NCBI GenBank assembly: GCA_963716745.1
Contig: OY970320.1
Coordinates: 224,001 to 288,000 of the forward strand
Reading direction: 5' to 3'
Origin: an uncultured Gemmatimonadaceae bacterium
GTDB taxonomy: Bacteria > Gemmatimonadota > Gemmatimonadetes > Gemmatimonadales > Gemmatimonadaceae
DNA length: 64,000 nt
The position numbers and the translations under genes were made by a program. The stretch's first letter is position 1, and each line of letters starts with the position of its first letter. Shown piece after piece: positions 47,399 through 55,866 of the stretch. A model generated the notes under the pieces. It saw nothing but the letters and a program-made list of their open reading frames with translations, was not told where the DNA came from and did not search any database.

Positions 47399-47998
47399 AT
47401 GGCGATCGCCTGGATCGCGCTCGCGTATCTCATTGGCTCGATCCCGGCCGCGTTTCTCGCCGGGAAGTGGCTGCGCGGCATCGATCTTCGCAATTTCGGC
47501 TCTGGGAATCTTGGCGCAACGAACGTCTATCGCGTACTCGGGCTGAAGGCGGCACTCGCGGTGTTCGCGTTCGACGTGGCCAAGGGCGCGATACCGGTGC
47601 TCTTCTTCCCGCACCCGTCGAGCGCCGCATGGCTGCCGATGGTCTACGGCGCGGCAGCATTCGTCGGGCACGTGCGCCCGATCTATCTGGGCGGGAAGGG
47701 AGGCGGGAAGGGCGTCGCGACGGCGACCGGCGTGTTCTTCGCGCTCGTGCCCGTGCCGATGCTGCTCGCGCTCAGCGTGTGGATCGCCGTCTTCGCGCTC
47801 ACGCGCATCGTGTCGCTCTCCTCGATCTCGGCGGCGGCTTCACTCCCGTTCGCCATCGCGATCTGGGACGGCATTGCCGACCGGCGTGTGCCGATCACGT
47901 TCGTCGTCGCGGCCGTGCTCATCTGGACGCACCGCAAGAACATCGCGCGCCTGCGTGCCGGCACCGAGCCGCAGCTCACGCGCGGGAACGGCATATGA
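47399..47998 (+). CDS. plsY: Glycerol-3-phosphate acyltransferase PlsY
   Basis: YLIGSIP, GSGNLGATN, GGKGVAT, HRKNI.RL..GTE. Confidence 0.95.
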   Translation: MAIAWIALAYLIGSIPAAFLAGKWLRGIDLRNFGSGNLGATNVYRVLGLKAALAVFAFDVAKGAIPVLFFPHPSSAAWLPMVYGAAAFVGHVRPIYLGGKGGGKGVATATGVFFALVPVPMLLALSVWIAVFALTRIVSLSSISAAASLPFAIAIWDGIADRRVPITFVVAAVLIWTHRKNIARLRAGTEPQLTRGNGI

Positions 47999-48994
47999 CG
48001 CGCTGCGCGGTGATGGGCGCCGGGGCATGGGGCACCGCGCTCGCGGACATGCTCGCGCGCGCGGGTCACGAGACGGCGCTCTGGGCGCACGAGGCCGATG
48101 TGGTGGAGAGCGTCAACAGCCGCCACGAGAACACGCGCTTCCTGCGCGGCGTTCCGCTGCACGCGTCCGTCGCCGCGACGAACGACGCGGCCGCGGCGGC
48201 GCGCGGCAAGGAACTCGTGCTATTCGTGACGCCGTCGCACGTGCTGCGCGGGGTCGCGCGCGCGTCGCTCGCCGGCGTGGGCGCCGAGGCGACGATCGTG
48301 GTCGCGACGAAAGGGATCGAGCGCGACACGCTGGCGCTCATGACCGATGTCGCGCTGCAGGAACTGAAGGGGCGCCCGGTGGTCGCGCTGTCGGGGCCGA
48401 GTTTCGCCGCGGAGGTCGCGGCGGGACAGCCGACCGCGGTGGTCGCGGCGTCGGCGAGCATCGGAAGCCGCTCGCCGCGCACAGCGCGCGCTCAGCTCCG
48501 ACCGGTTTCGCGTCTACACCAGCGACGACGTGACCGGCGTCGAGATGGGCGGCGCACTCAAGAACGTGATCGCCGTGGCCACCGGCATCGTCGAGGGACT
48601 CGGCCTCGGATTCAACCCGCGCGCCGCGCTCATCACGCGCGGACTCGCCGAGATCACGCGGCTCGGCGTCGCGCTCGGCGCTTCGCCGCTCACGTTCGCG
48701 GGGCTCGCCGGGATGGGCGACCTGGTGCTCACGTGCACCGGCGCGCTCAGCCGGAACCGCGCCGTCGGCCTCGAGATCGGGAAGGGCACGCCGCTGGCGG
48801 ACGTGCTCTCGGCGCGCGAGACCGTCGCCGAGGGGGTGGTCACCACGCAGAGCGCGCACGCCCTGGCGGCGCGCGAGGGGATCGAGATGCCGATCGTAGC
48901 CGCCGTTCACCGCATTCTCTTCGAACAGCAGGCGCCGCGCGATGCGATCGCGGCGTTGATGACCCGGGAACTCCGCGCGGAGCGCGACGCATGA
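47995..48994 (+). CDS. gpsA: NAD(P)H glycerol-3-phosphate dehydrogenase; apparent frameshift near 48470
   Basis: [20 protein letters not shown]; then [21 protein letters not shown]. Confidence 0.93.
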
Positions 48995-49353
48995 CCGCTG
49001 AACCCGTCCAGGAATTCTTCTCGATCGGCGAGGTCTGCGACCTCACCGGCCTCAAGCCGCACGTCCTGCGCTACTGGGAGAGCCAGTTCCGCTTCCTGAG
49101 CCCGGCCAAGAATCGATCGGGCAACCGCGTGTACCAGCGGCGCGAGATCGAACTGATCACGCTCGTGAAGCACCTGCTGTACACGGAGAAGTTCACGATC
49201 GACGGCGCGCGGCAGAAGGTGGACGACCATCGCCGGAAAGGCGAGCTGCGGCCGATCGCGCGCGGCGCGCTCGATCAGCAGACCATCGAATCCATCGAGG
49301 AGGAACTGCAGGAAGTGCTCAAGTTGCTGGGCGGGGAGGGCGGCAAGGCGTGA
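48991..49353 (+). CDS. MerR-family HTH regulator
   Basis: [34 protein letters not shown]. Confidence 0.9.
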   Translation: MTAEPVQEFFSIGEVCDLTGLKPHVLRYWESQFRFLSPAKNRSGNRVYQRREIELITLVKHLLYTEKFTIDGARQKVDDHRRKGELRPIARGALDQQTIESIEEELQEVLKLLGGEGGKA

Positions 49354-50027
49354 TCGCACCCGCGGCCTGCGTCATTCCGGCGCTCGATGCCGAACGCACC
49401 GTGGCGGCGGTCGCGCGCGGCGTGCGCGACTCGGCGCCGCAGGCGTTCATCATCGGCGTGGATGACGGCTCGCGCGACGGCACGCGTTCCGTGCTGGGCG
49501 ATGTGTGCGATCTCGTGATCGCGTTCGATGCGAACCGGGGGAAGGGCGCGGCGCTGCGCGCCGGCCTCAGCGCGGCGCTCGCGCGCGATGCCGCGGCGAT
49601 CGTGACGATCGATGCCGACGGCCAGCACGATCCAGCGGCCGTACCGTCGCTGCTCGACGCGCTCGCCGACGCCGATCTCGTCATCGGTGCGCGCACGCGC
49701 CGCGGCACCGCGATGCCGGTGGGCCGCCGCGTCACCAACGCGCTGGCGAGCGCCGCCATCGGGGCGATCGCGCACACGGCCGTGCCCGATCCGCAATCCG
49801 GATTCCGGGCGATGCGACGCGCCGTGCTCGAGGGAGTTGCCGCTCCCGGCGACCGCTACGAGTTCGAAACCGAATTCCTCATCGCCGCGGCGCGCGCTGG
49901 ATTCCGGATCGCATCGGTGCCGGTCGCGACGCGCTACGGAGCGGCCAGCCATTTCCGCGGCTTCCGCGATTCCGCGCGCGTCGTACGCGCCATTTGGCGC
50001 CATCGCGCGGGAGCGTTCCACCCGTGA
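49350..50027 (+). CDS. GT2 glycosyltransferase (DPM1-like)
   Basis: VIPA, VDDGSRD, NRGKGAA, DADGQH, DPQSGFR. Confidence 0.88.
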   Translation: MIAPAACVIPALDAERTVAAVARGVRDSAPQAFIIGVDDGSRDGTRSVLGDVCDLVIAFDANRGKGAALRAGLSAALARDAAAIVTIDADGQHDPAAVPSLLDALADADLVIGARTRRGTAMPVGRRVTNALASAAIGAIAHTAVPDPQSGFRAMRRAVLEGVAAPGDRYEFETEFLIAAARAGFRIASVPVATRYGAASHFRGFRDSARVVRAIWRHRAGAFHP

Positions 50028-50785
50028 TCCTCCTATGCACGAACGACGATGGCATCCTCGCGCACGGACTCGATACGCTCGCGAAGGCGGCGGCCACGCT
50101 TGGTGAAGTGACGGTGGTCGCACCCGACCGCGAGCAGAGTGCAACGAGCCACTCGCTCACGCTGCATCACCCCGTGCGCGCCGTGCCGCGCGGTGAGCGT
50201 CGCTTCCAGGTGGACGGCACGCCCACCGATTGCGTGATGCTCGCCGTGGAGGCGCTCATGCCCGTGCGGCCGGACTTCGTGCTCAGTGGCGTGAATCACG
50301 GGCACAACATGGGCGAGGACGTCATGTACTCGGGCACCGTCGCCGCCGCGACCGAGGGCGTCATGCTCGGGATCCCGTCCATCGCGATCTCGTTCGCCGG
50401 CGGGGAACTCAAGGCCGAACCGGACGTGATCGCCGATCAGGTGGGCGTGCTCGGGTCGCTGCTCAAGCATCTCACGTCGCTCGCGTCTATTCCGCGCGAC
50501 ACGCTGCTGAACGTCAACATGCCGCCGCTGCGAGGCGCCGAGATCAAGGGCGTTCGGCTCACGCGCCTCGGCCGCCGAGTCTATTCCGATTCGCTGATGC
50601 GCATGAAGGACCCGCGCGGCCGCGACATCTACTGGATCGGCGGCGGCAGCGCGAGCTGGAGCGGGCCCGAGGACTCCGATTTCCGCGCCGTGCGCGACGG
50701 GTACATCTCGGTCACGCCGCTCACGCTCGATCTCACGCATATCAAGATGCTCGACGATCCTTCCTCCTGGTGGCGCGATCCATGA
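50024..50785 (+). CDS. surE: 5'/3'-nucleotidase SurE
   Basis: TNDDG, APDREQSA.SH, DGTPTDCV, SGVN.G.N, YSGTVAAA. Confidence 0.95.
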   Translation: MILLCTNDDGILAHGLDTLAKAAATLGEVTVVAPDREQSATSHSLTLHHPVRAVPRGERRFQVDGTPTDCVMLAVEALMPVRPDFVLSGVNHGHNMGEDVMYSGTVAAATEGVMLGIPSIAISFAGGELKAEPDVIADQVGVLGSLLKHLTSLASIPRDTLLNVNMPPLRGAEIKGVRLTRLGRRVYSDSLMRMKDPRGRDIYWIGGGSASWSGPEDSDFRAVRDGYISVTPLTLDLTHIKMLDDPSSWWRDP

Positions 50786-51432
50786 CCACGCAACAGTTCA
50801 GCGGCGCGAGGCGGCGCCTCGTCGAGACGCTGCAGGCGGGGGGCATCCGAGACCTGAGCGTGCTCCGCGCGTTCGACCTGACGCCCCGGCATTTGTTCGT
50901 TCCCACGGGCATGCGCCACCGGGCGTACGAGGACAGCGCGCTGCCGATCGGCTATGGGCAGACGATCTCTCAACCGTCCATCCACGCGCGCTATCTCGAG
51001 CAGCTCAAGCTCAGCGGCAAGGAACGCGTGCTCGAGATCGGCACCGGGTCAGGGTACCAAACGGTGCTGCTCGCGCATCTCGCGGCCCAGGTCTTCACGA
51101 TCGAACGCGTGGGTGCGCTCGTGGATTCGGCACGGCGTGTCCTGAAAGAGGCGGGCGTGAGCAACGTTTCGCTGCTCTCCGGCGATGGCACGCTCGGCTG
51201 GCGTGACTTCGCGCCGTACGATGCGATCCTGGTCACCGCCGGCTCGCCGCAGATCCCCGCGCCCCTGGGACAGCAACTCGCCGAGGGCGGCCGGATGCTC
51301 ATTCCACTGGGCACCAAAGATGAGCAAATTCTTACTGTTATAACGAGACGCGGGGAGGCCTTCGAGCGTCGTGATATCGGGGCGGTACGCTTCGTCCCGC
51401 TCGTAGGCGCCCACGGCTGGCCCGCGAACTAG
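50782..51432 (+). CDS. pcm: Protein-L-isoaspartate O-methyltransferase
   Basis: GQTISQP, LEIGTGSGYQ, APYDAI.VTA, VRFVPL. Confidence 0.95.
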   Translation: MTTQQFSGARRRLVETLQAGGIRDLSVLRAFDLTPRHLFVPTGMRHRAYEDSALPIGYGQTISQPSIHARYLEQLKLSGKERVLEIGTGSGYQTVLLAHLAAQVFTIERVGALVDSARRVLKEAGVSNVSLLSGDGTLGWRDFAPYDAILVTAGSPQIPAPLGQQLAEGGRMLIPLGTKDEQILTVITRRGEAFERRDIGAVRFVPLVGAHGWPAN

Positions 51433-51473
51433 ACGCCCTACCGCACCATTGCTCCTCGTTCACCGGAGAGACA

Positions 51474-52442
51474 ATGGACGCTCCCCCGGACGACAGCAGC
51501 TCGCTTCCTCCGCAACGCCGCTCCAGCGGGAAAGTGCCGCCATTCGTGGCGCCGCGCGGAGGCGACAGCGAGAGCGCGAAGCAGCAACCCGCCGCGACGC
51601 GCCGCCCCAGCACGCCACTGTTCGTGCCGCCCACGGCGCAGACAGGGGAACTGCCTGTGCCGGAAGCGCCGAAGAAGACCCCCACCGTGGCTTCGCCGCC
51701 GGTGGAACCGGCGCGACCGACTCCCGCGACAGCGCGCGAGACCAGTTCCTTCCATGTCGAGAATCTCGAGACGCCTGAGATCGCGCTTCGCATCACGGGC
51801 GAGCGTCCCGCGATCGGGGATACCGAGCTGCAGTTGATCTCGTACGACGACGCGAATACGGGACTGCAGGCGAACACGGAGCAGGGCAAGATGCCACGCT
51901 TCGACGGCATCGAACTCGAGTCGACCGAGCTGTCGCTCGAGCCTACGAAAAACGCCGGCATGACACCAAGCGAGCTCAAGATCGAGAGCTTCTGGGCCGC
52001 CGAGGCATTCACGCCGACCGTTCGGCCGGACGCCGCGACCGACACGCCGCGTCCCATCACGCCGTCGACGCTGGAGCGCGTGGCCGACGCGCCCCCGAAG
52101 AAACGCAGTACGCTCGAGTCGCTTCGTGTCGAAGAGGTGCCGCCGCCGCACATGCAGACGCCGCAGAGCGTGCGATCGATCACGCCGCGCGCGAATAAAC
52201 TTGCGATGCCGGTGGACATCCGCACGCCCGCGGCGCTTGAGGCGCTCAAAGAGATGGAGCCGTGGGCGCTCCCATCGGCGGTGGCGCCCGAGGCCGGCAG
52301 CTCCGTGGCCGACGCCCTGGAGCGTGTGGCGCGGCGGATCAGGAGCGGCGAACTCAAGATGCCATCCGACGTCGCCGCCTCCACGGATGAGAACGCTCTC
52401 TCCGCCGCGCTCCAAGCATTGGTGCGTTCGCCGCGGCGCTAG
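51474..52442 (+). CDS. Hypothetical Pro/Glu/Thr-rich disordered protein with short helical C-terminus
   Basis: GGAGAG SD; fills the gap between pcm and acyP; C-terminal VADALERVARRIRSGEL...LSAALQALV. Confidence 0.7.
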   Translation: MDAPPDDSSSLPPQRRSSGKVPPFVAPRGGDSESAKQQPAATRRPSTPLFVPPTAQTGELPVPEAPKKTPTVASPPVEPARPTPATARETSSFHVENLETPEIALRITGERPAIGDTELQLISYDDANTGLQANTEQGKMPRFDGIELESTELSLEPTKNAGMTPSELKIESFWAAEAFTPTVRPDAATDTPRPITPSTLERVADAPPKKRSTLESLRVEEVPPPHMQTPQSVRSITPRANKLAMPVDIRTPAALEALKEMEPWALPSAVAPEAGSSVADALERVARRIRSGELKMPSDVAASTDENALSAALQALVRSPRR

Positions 52443-52457
52443 TCCGTCGCGCGCGTC

Positions 52458-52730
52458 GTGATCGTTCGGCTGGAAGTGCGGGGCCTGGTGCAGGGGGTCG
52501 GCTTCCGGTGGTTCGTGACCAAGGAGGCGCGCCGCCTCGGCGTGGCCGGATGGGTGCGCAATCGCGAAGATGGCAGCGTCGAAGTGGCCGCGTCGGGCAG
52601 TGAGGCGGCCGTGCAAGAACTCAGGACTCGGCTGGAGCGGGGTCCGCCCGGCGCTCGAGTCGATGCGGTGCGTGATCTGCCCGTTCACGAGCCCGACGAT
52701 CTCCCCGAATCTTTCAACGTGCGGCGATGA
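52458..52730 (+). CDS. acyP: Acylphosphatase
   Basis: GLVQGVGFR, GWVRN.EDGSVE, GPP.ARV. Confidence 0.92.
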   Translation: MIVRLEVRGLVQGVGFRWFVTKEARRLGVAGWVRNREDGSVEVAASGSEAAVQELRTRLERGPPGARVDAVRDLPVHEPDDLPESFNVRR

Positions 52731-53254
52731 CTTTCGATGTGGCGGCGCTTCGGCGCGCGATCCGCGATGTGCCGGATTTTCCGAAGCCGGGCATCGTGTT
52801 CAAGGACATCACGGGGCTGCTGATCGATCCGTCGCTCTTCGCGCAGGCAGTGGAGGCGATGGCCGCGCCGTTCATGGCCGAGCGGATCTCGCACGTCGTG
52901 GGCATCGAGAGCCGCGGATTCATCCTCGGCGCGCCGGTGGCGCTGCGGCTCGGGGCGGGCTTCGTGCCAATGCGGAAGCCGGGCAAGCTGCCGTCGGCGG
53001 TGGAGCGCATGGAGTACGGGTTGGAGTACGGCGTGGATGCGCTCGAGGTGCATCGCGATGCGCTTGGCGCGGGGCACCGGGTGCTCATCGTGGATGACGT
53101 GCTCGCGACGGGGGGCACGGCGCGCGCGGCGTGCGATCTCGTGGTGCGCCTCGGTGGCACGGTCGTCGCGTGCGCGTTCCTGATCGAACTGCTCGCGCTC
53201 GCGGGCGGAGCGAGGTTGGATCCAATCGTGAGGCGCTCCGTACTACGGTTCTGA
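52727..53254 (+). CDS. apt: Adenine phosphoribosyltransferase
   Basis: PDFPKPGIVFKDI, ESRGF, RKPGKLP, VDDVLATGGT. Confidence 0.96.
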   Translation: MTFDVAALRRAIRDVPDFPKPGIVFKDITGLLIDPSLFAQAVEAMAAPFMAERISHVVGIESRGFILGAPVALRLGAGFVPMRKPGKLPSAVERMEYGLEYGVDALEVHRDALGAGHRVLIVDDVLATGGTARAACDLVVRLGGTVVACAFLIELLALAGGARLDPIVRRSVLRF

Positions 53255-53304
53255 GACGTCGCGCGCCCAGTGGAGTCGCGTTATCTTACCCTCCCGGCGC
53301 TGTA

Positions 53305-53378
53305 GCCCCTGTAGCTCAGGTGGATAGAGCAGCGGTTTCCTAAACCGTTGGCCGGGTGTTCGAGTCACCCCAGGGGCA
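53305..53378 (+). tRNA. tRNA-Arg(CCT)
   Basis: GCCCCTG/CAGGGGC acceptor stem; anticodon arm GCGGT-TTCCTAA-ACCGT; GTTCGAGTC. Confidence 0.95.
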
Positions 53379-53429
53379 TGCGCGGTCCGCCGGACCGCCC
53401 GAGCGATCAACACTACACGGATTGAATCG

Positions 53430-54086
53430 ATGACCGCACCGAAGGGCTTTACGACGAAGTCGGGCAACAGGGCCGAGAACGCGTTCGAGTGGATCGAGCT
53501 GCACTCGCGGGAGACGATGTGGGCGATCGTGGCGGTCACGGTGATCGTCGGCGGCGTGCTGTTCTATCAGAAGTCGCAGGAGGCCCAGAGGCGCAACGCG
53601 TCGGTCGCGCTGGACGAGGCCGAACAGTCGATCAATTCGGGCAATCTGCCGCTCGCGCAGTCGTCGCTGGAGCGCCTCACGAAGCGCTGGCCGGACACAC
53701 CTTCGGGGAAGGTCGGGCTCACGCTGCTTGCTCAAGTGCATTATCAGCGGGCCGACTACCAGGGCGGCATCGACGCGCTCAAGCCGCTCACGAGCGGCAA
53801 CGACCGGTATTTCACGCCGGGGGCGCTGGCGCTGGCCGGCAATGGCTTCGAGCAGATGAAGAAGTTCCCGGAGGCGGCTGACATGTACCAGAAGGCGGCG
53901 GACAAGGCCCAGTACGACTCGGACAAGGCCCTGTACCTGTCCTCGGCGGCTCGGGTGCTGTTGGCGGCGGGGAAGACGGCCGACGCGAAGGCGATCTGGA
54001 CCAAGTTGTCGTCGGATCCGTCGGCGCCTGGCGCGGCGGAGGCGCGGGTGCGGTTGGGGGAGATCGAGGCGAAGCCGGTTAGTTAG
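53430..54086 (+). CDS. YfgM-like membrane-anchored TPR protein
   Basis: Single N-terminal TM (WAIVAVTVIVGGVLFY) followed by TPR-like helices. Confidence 0.75.
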   Translation: MTAPKGFTTKSGNRAENAFEWIELHSRETMWAIVAVTVIVGGVLFYQKSQEAQRRNASVALDEAEQSINSGNLPLAQSSLERLTKRWPDTPSGKVGLTLLAQVHYQRADYQGGIDALKPLTSGNDRYFTPGALALAGNGFEQMKKFPEAADMYQKAADKAQYDSDKALYLSSAARVLLAAGKTADAKAIWTKLSSDPSAPGAAEARVRLGEIEAKPVS

Positions 54087-54126
54087 TTCATCGGCATCGT
54101 GCATCGTTCGTCGTGCATCGGAGGAT

Positions 54127-54164
54127 CACAACGGGGCGCTGGAGGGTCGGCGCCCTCTTGTGTG
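54127..54164 (+). terminator. Hairpin after the yfgM-like gene
   Basis: CACAAC-GGGGCGC...GCGCCCTC-TTGTG imperfect stem. Confidence 0.5.
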
Positions 54165-54176
54165 CGGTTGGTGTAT

Positions 54177-54204
54177 TATGCGTATAAGATGTATTATGTA
54201 AACT
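54177..54204. other. dif-like XerC/XerD chromosome dimer resolution site
   Basis: TATGCGTATAA-GATGTA-TTATGTAAACT: 11-6-11 layout with inner ATAA/TTAT; lies at the +/- gene orientation switch. Confidence 0.8.
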
Positions 54205-54324
54205 ACTGCACGTGGAGAACTGTGGATATCAACAGCTTGCTGCCCTGTCCAAGGACTTAAGCCGAATATCTATAAACAGTTGTGCACTTTGGTCGAGGCA
54301 CGTTGCACGATGCACGATGAACGT

Positions 54325-55146
54325 TCAGACCGACAACGTCCCCCGGAATACCAGGACCCCTTCGCCCCGTAGTGTCGGCTTCCAGTCGCCTCCGGAGTGA
54401 TCAAGGGTCACCGTGAGCTTCCGCCCGGAACGGGTCTCCAGCTCGGTCTCAGGGCGCGTAGACTCGCCCCAGGCGGCGAGCAGGACCGCCGTGGCGATCG
54501 CGCCAGTGCCGCATGCCAGCGTCTCGGCCTCGACCCCGCGCTCAAACGTCCTCATGAGCCAGCCGAGCCGGCGCCGGGAGACGAAGTTCACATTGGCACC
54601 TCCGGGCAGCGACGCGTGCCGGCGCAGCGACCGCCCGCGGCTGGCCACGTCGACCACGGTGGCGTCGTCGCACATCACCACCAAGTGAGGCACCCCGGCT
54701 AGCGCGAATCCGATCCGGTGCTCGCCGGCGGCCCGTTCGATACCGGCGTCGGGCTTCACATCGATCACTGGTCTCAGGTCCACTTCGGGCAGCCCGCCCA
54801 CATACCGGGCCGTGAGCACCCCATCGTCGGTCTGCATGCGCATGCCGGCCGCCGCTCCCGCCCCGAGCTCGGCGGCGAGCCGAGTGACGCACAGCGCGGC
54901 ATTGCCGCACATGGCCGCCCGCGAGCCGTCACTGTTGAAGTACTTCATGAGGAGGTCGGCGTCGCCGGTCGGCGCCTTCTCGATGAACACCACGCCGTCG
55001 GCCCCGACGCCCGTGCCGCGGGCGCACATGGTGCGGATCACGTTCTCCTTCTCGAGCGCGCCGGCCGGCTCGACGCGGGCGTCGAAGACGACGAAGTCGT
55101 TCCCCGACCCGCTCATCTTATAGAATGCCCGCCCCGCCGCGCTCAT
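54325..55146 (-). CDS. dapF: Diaminopimelate epimerase
   Basis: KMSGSGNDF, GVGADG, MCGNA, GVPH, FERGVEAETLACGTG. Confidence 0.95.
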   Translation of the reverse strand: MSAAGRAFYKMSGSGNDFVVFDARVEPAGALEKENVIRTMCARGTGVGADGVVFIEKAPTGDADLLMKYFNSDGSRAAMCGNAALCVTRLAAELGAGAAAGMRMQTDDGVLTARYVGGLPEVDLRPVIDVKPDAGIERAAGEHRIGFALAGVPHLVVMCDDATVVDVASRGRSLRRHASLPGGANVNFVSRRRLGWLMRTFERGVEAETLACGTGAIATAVLLAAWGESTRPETELETRSGRKLTVTLDHSGGDWKPTLRGEGVLVFRGTLSV

Positions 55147-55866
55147 AGCCGGCCCGTGATCGCCCACCAGCGAAGCCGCCATACCATGAAAATGGCTTCG
55201 CGCACGATGTGGCCGCTCATCTTGCTCGTGCCTTCGGTGCGGTCCACGAACACGATGGGGATCTCGGTGATCCGGAATCCCTTTCTCGTCGCACGGAAGC
55301 TCATCTCGATCTGGAAGGCGTAGCCGTTGGAGCGCACGTCATCGAGGTCGATCCCCTCGAGCACCGCGCGGCGGAAGCATTTGAAGCCGCCCGTGGAATC
55401 GTCGAGCTGCATGCCCGTCACGATTCGCGCGTAGATGTTCGCGCCGTAGCTCAGGAGCAGCCGCGTCATGGGCCAATTGACGACGGTCACCTTCCCTCCG
55501 CGATAGCGCGAGCCGAGCACGAGGTCGGCGTCCTTGATCGCGTCGAGGAATTGGGGAAGATGGTTCGGGTCATGCGAGAAATCGGCGTCCATCTCGAAGA
55601 TGAACGCATAGTCGCGCGCGAGCGCCCATTTGAAGCCGGCGCGGTACGCGGTGCCCAGTCCCATCTTCTTCTCGCGATGCAGACAATTGCACGCGCGGCT
55701 CGCGCGCGGCGATCTCATCCACGATCTCACCCGTGCCGTCGGGCGACCCGTCGTCTACGATGAGCATCTCGAGCCGCGGATCCTCATCGAGCACCGTCGC
55801 GATGAGCCGGCGGATGTTCTCCTTCTCGTTGTACGTCGGGACGACGACCAGCGCGCGCTCAGCCAC
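55143..55866 (-). CDS. Polyprenol-phosphate mannose synthase (GT2, Ppm1/DPM1-like); apparent frameshift near 55685
   Basis: VPTYNE, VDDGSPDGT, GLGTAY, EMDADFSH, GYAFQIE, DRTEGTSKMS. Confidence 0.9.

Noticed and set aside
46087..49353. Apparent 1088-aa Der-GpsA-MerR fusion ORF
   Set aside because: Chance read-through created by indels; the separate genes have their own starts and stops.
54170..54300. Interpretation of the AT-rich DnaA/IHF region as oriC
   Set aside because: Genes converge on it rather than diverge, no dnaA/dnaN/parAB/gidA nearby, and a dif-like site is present.
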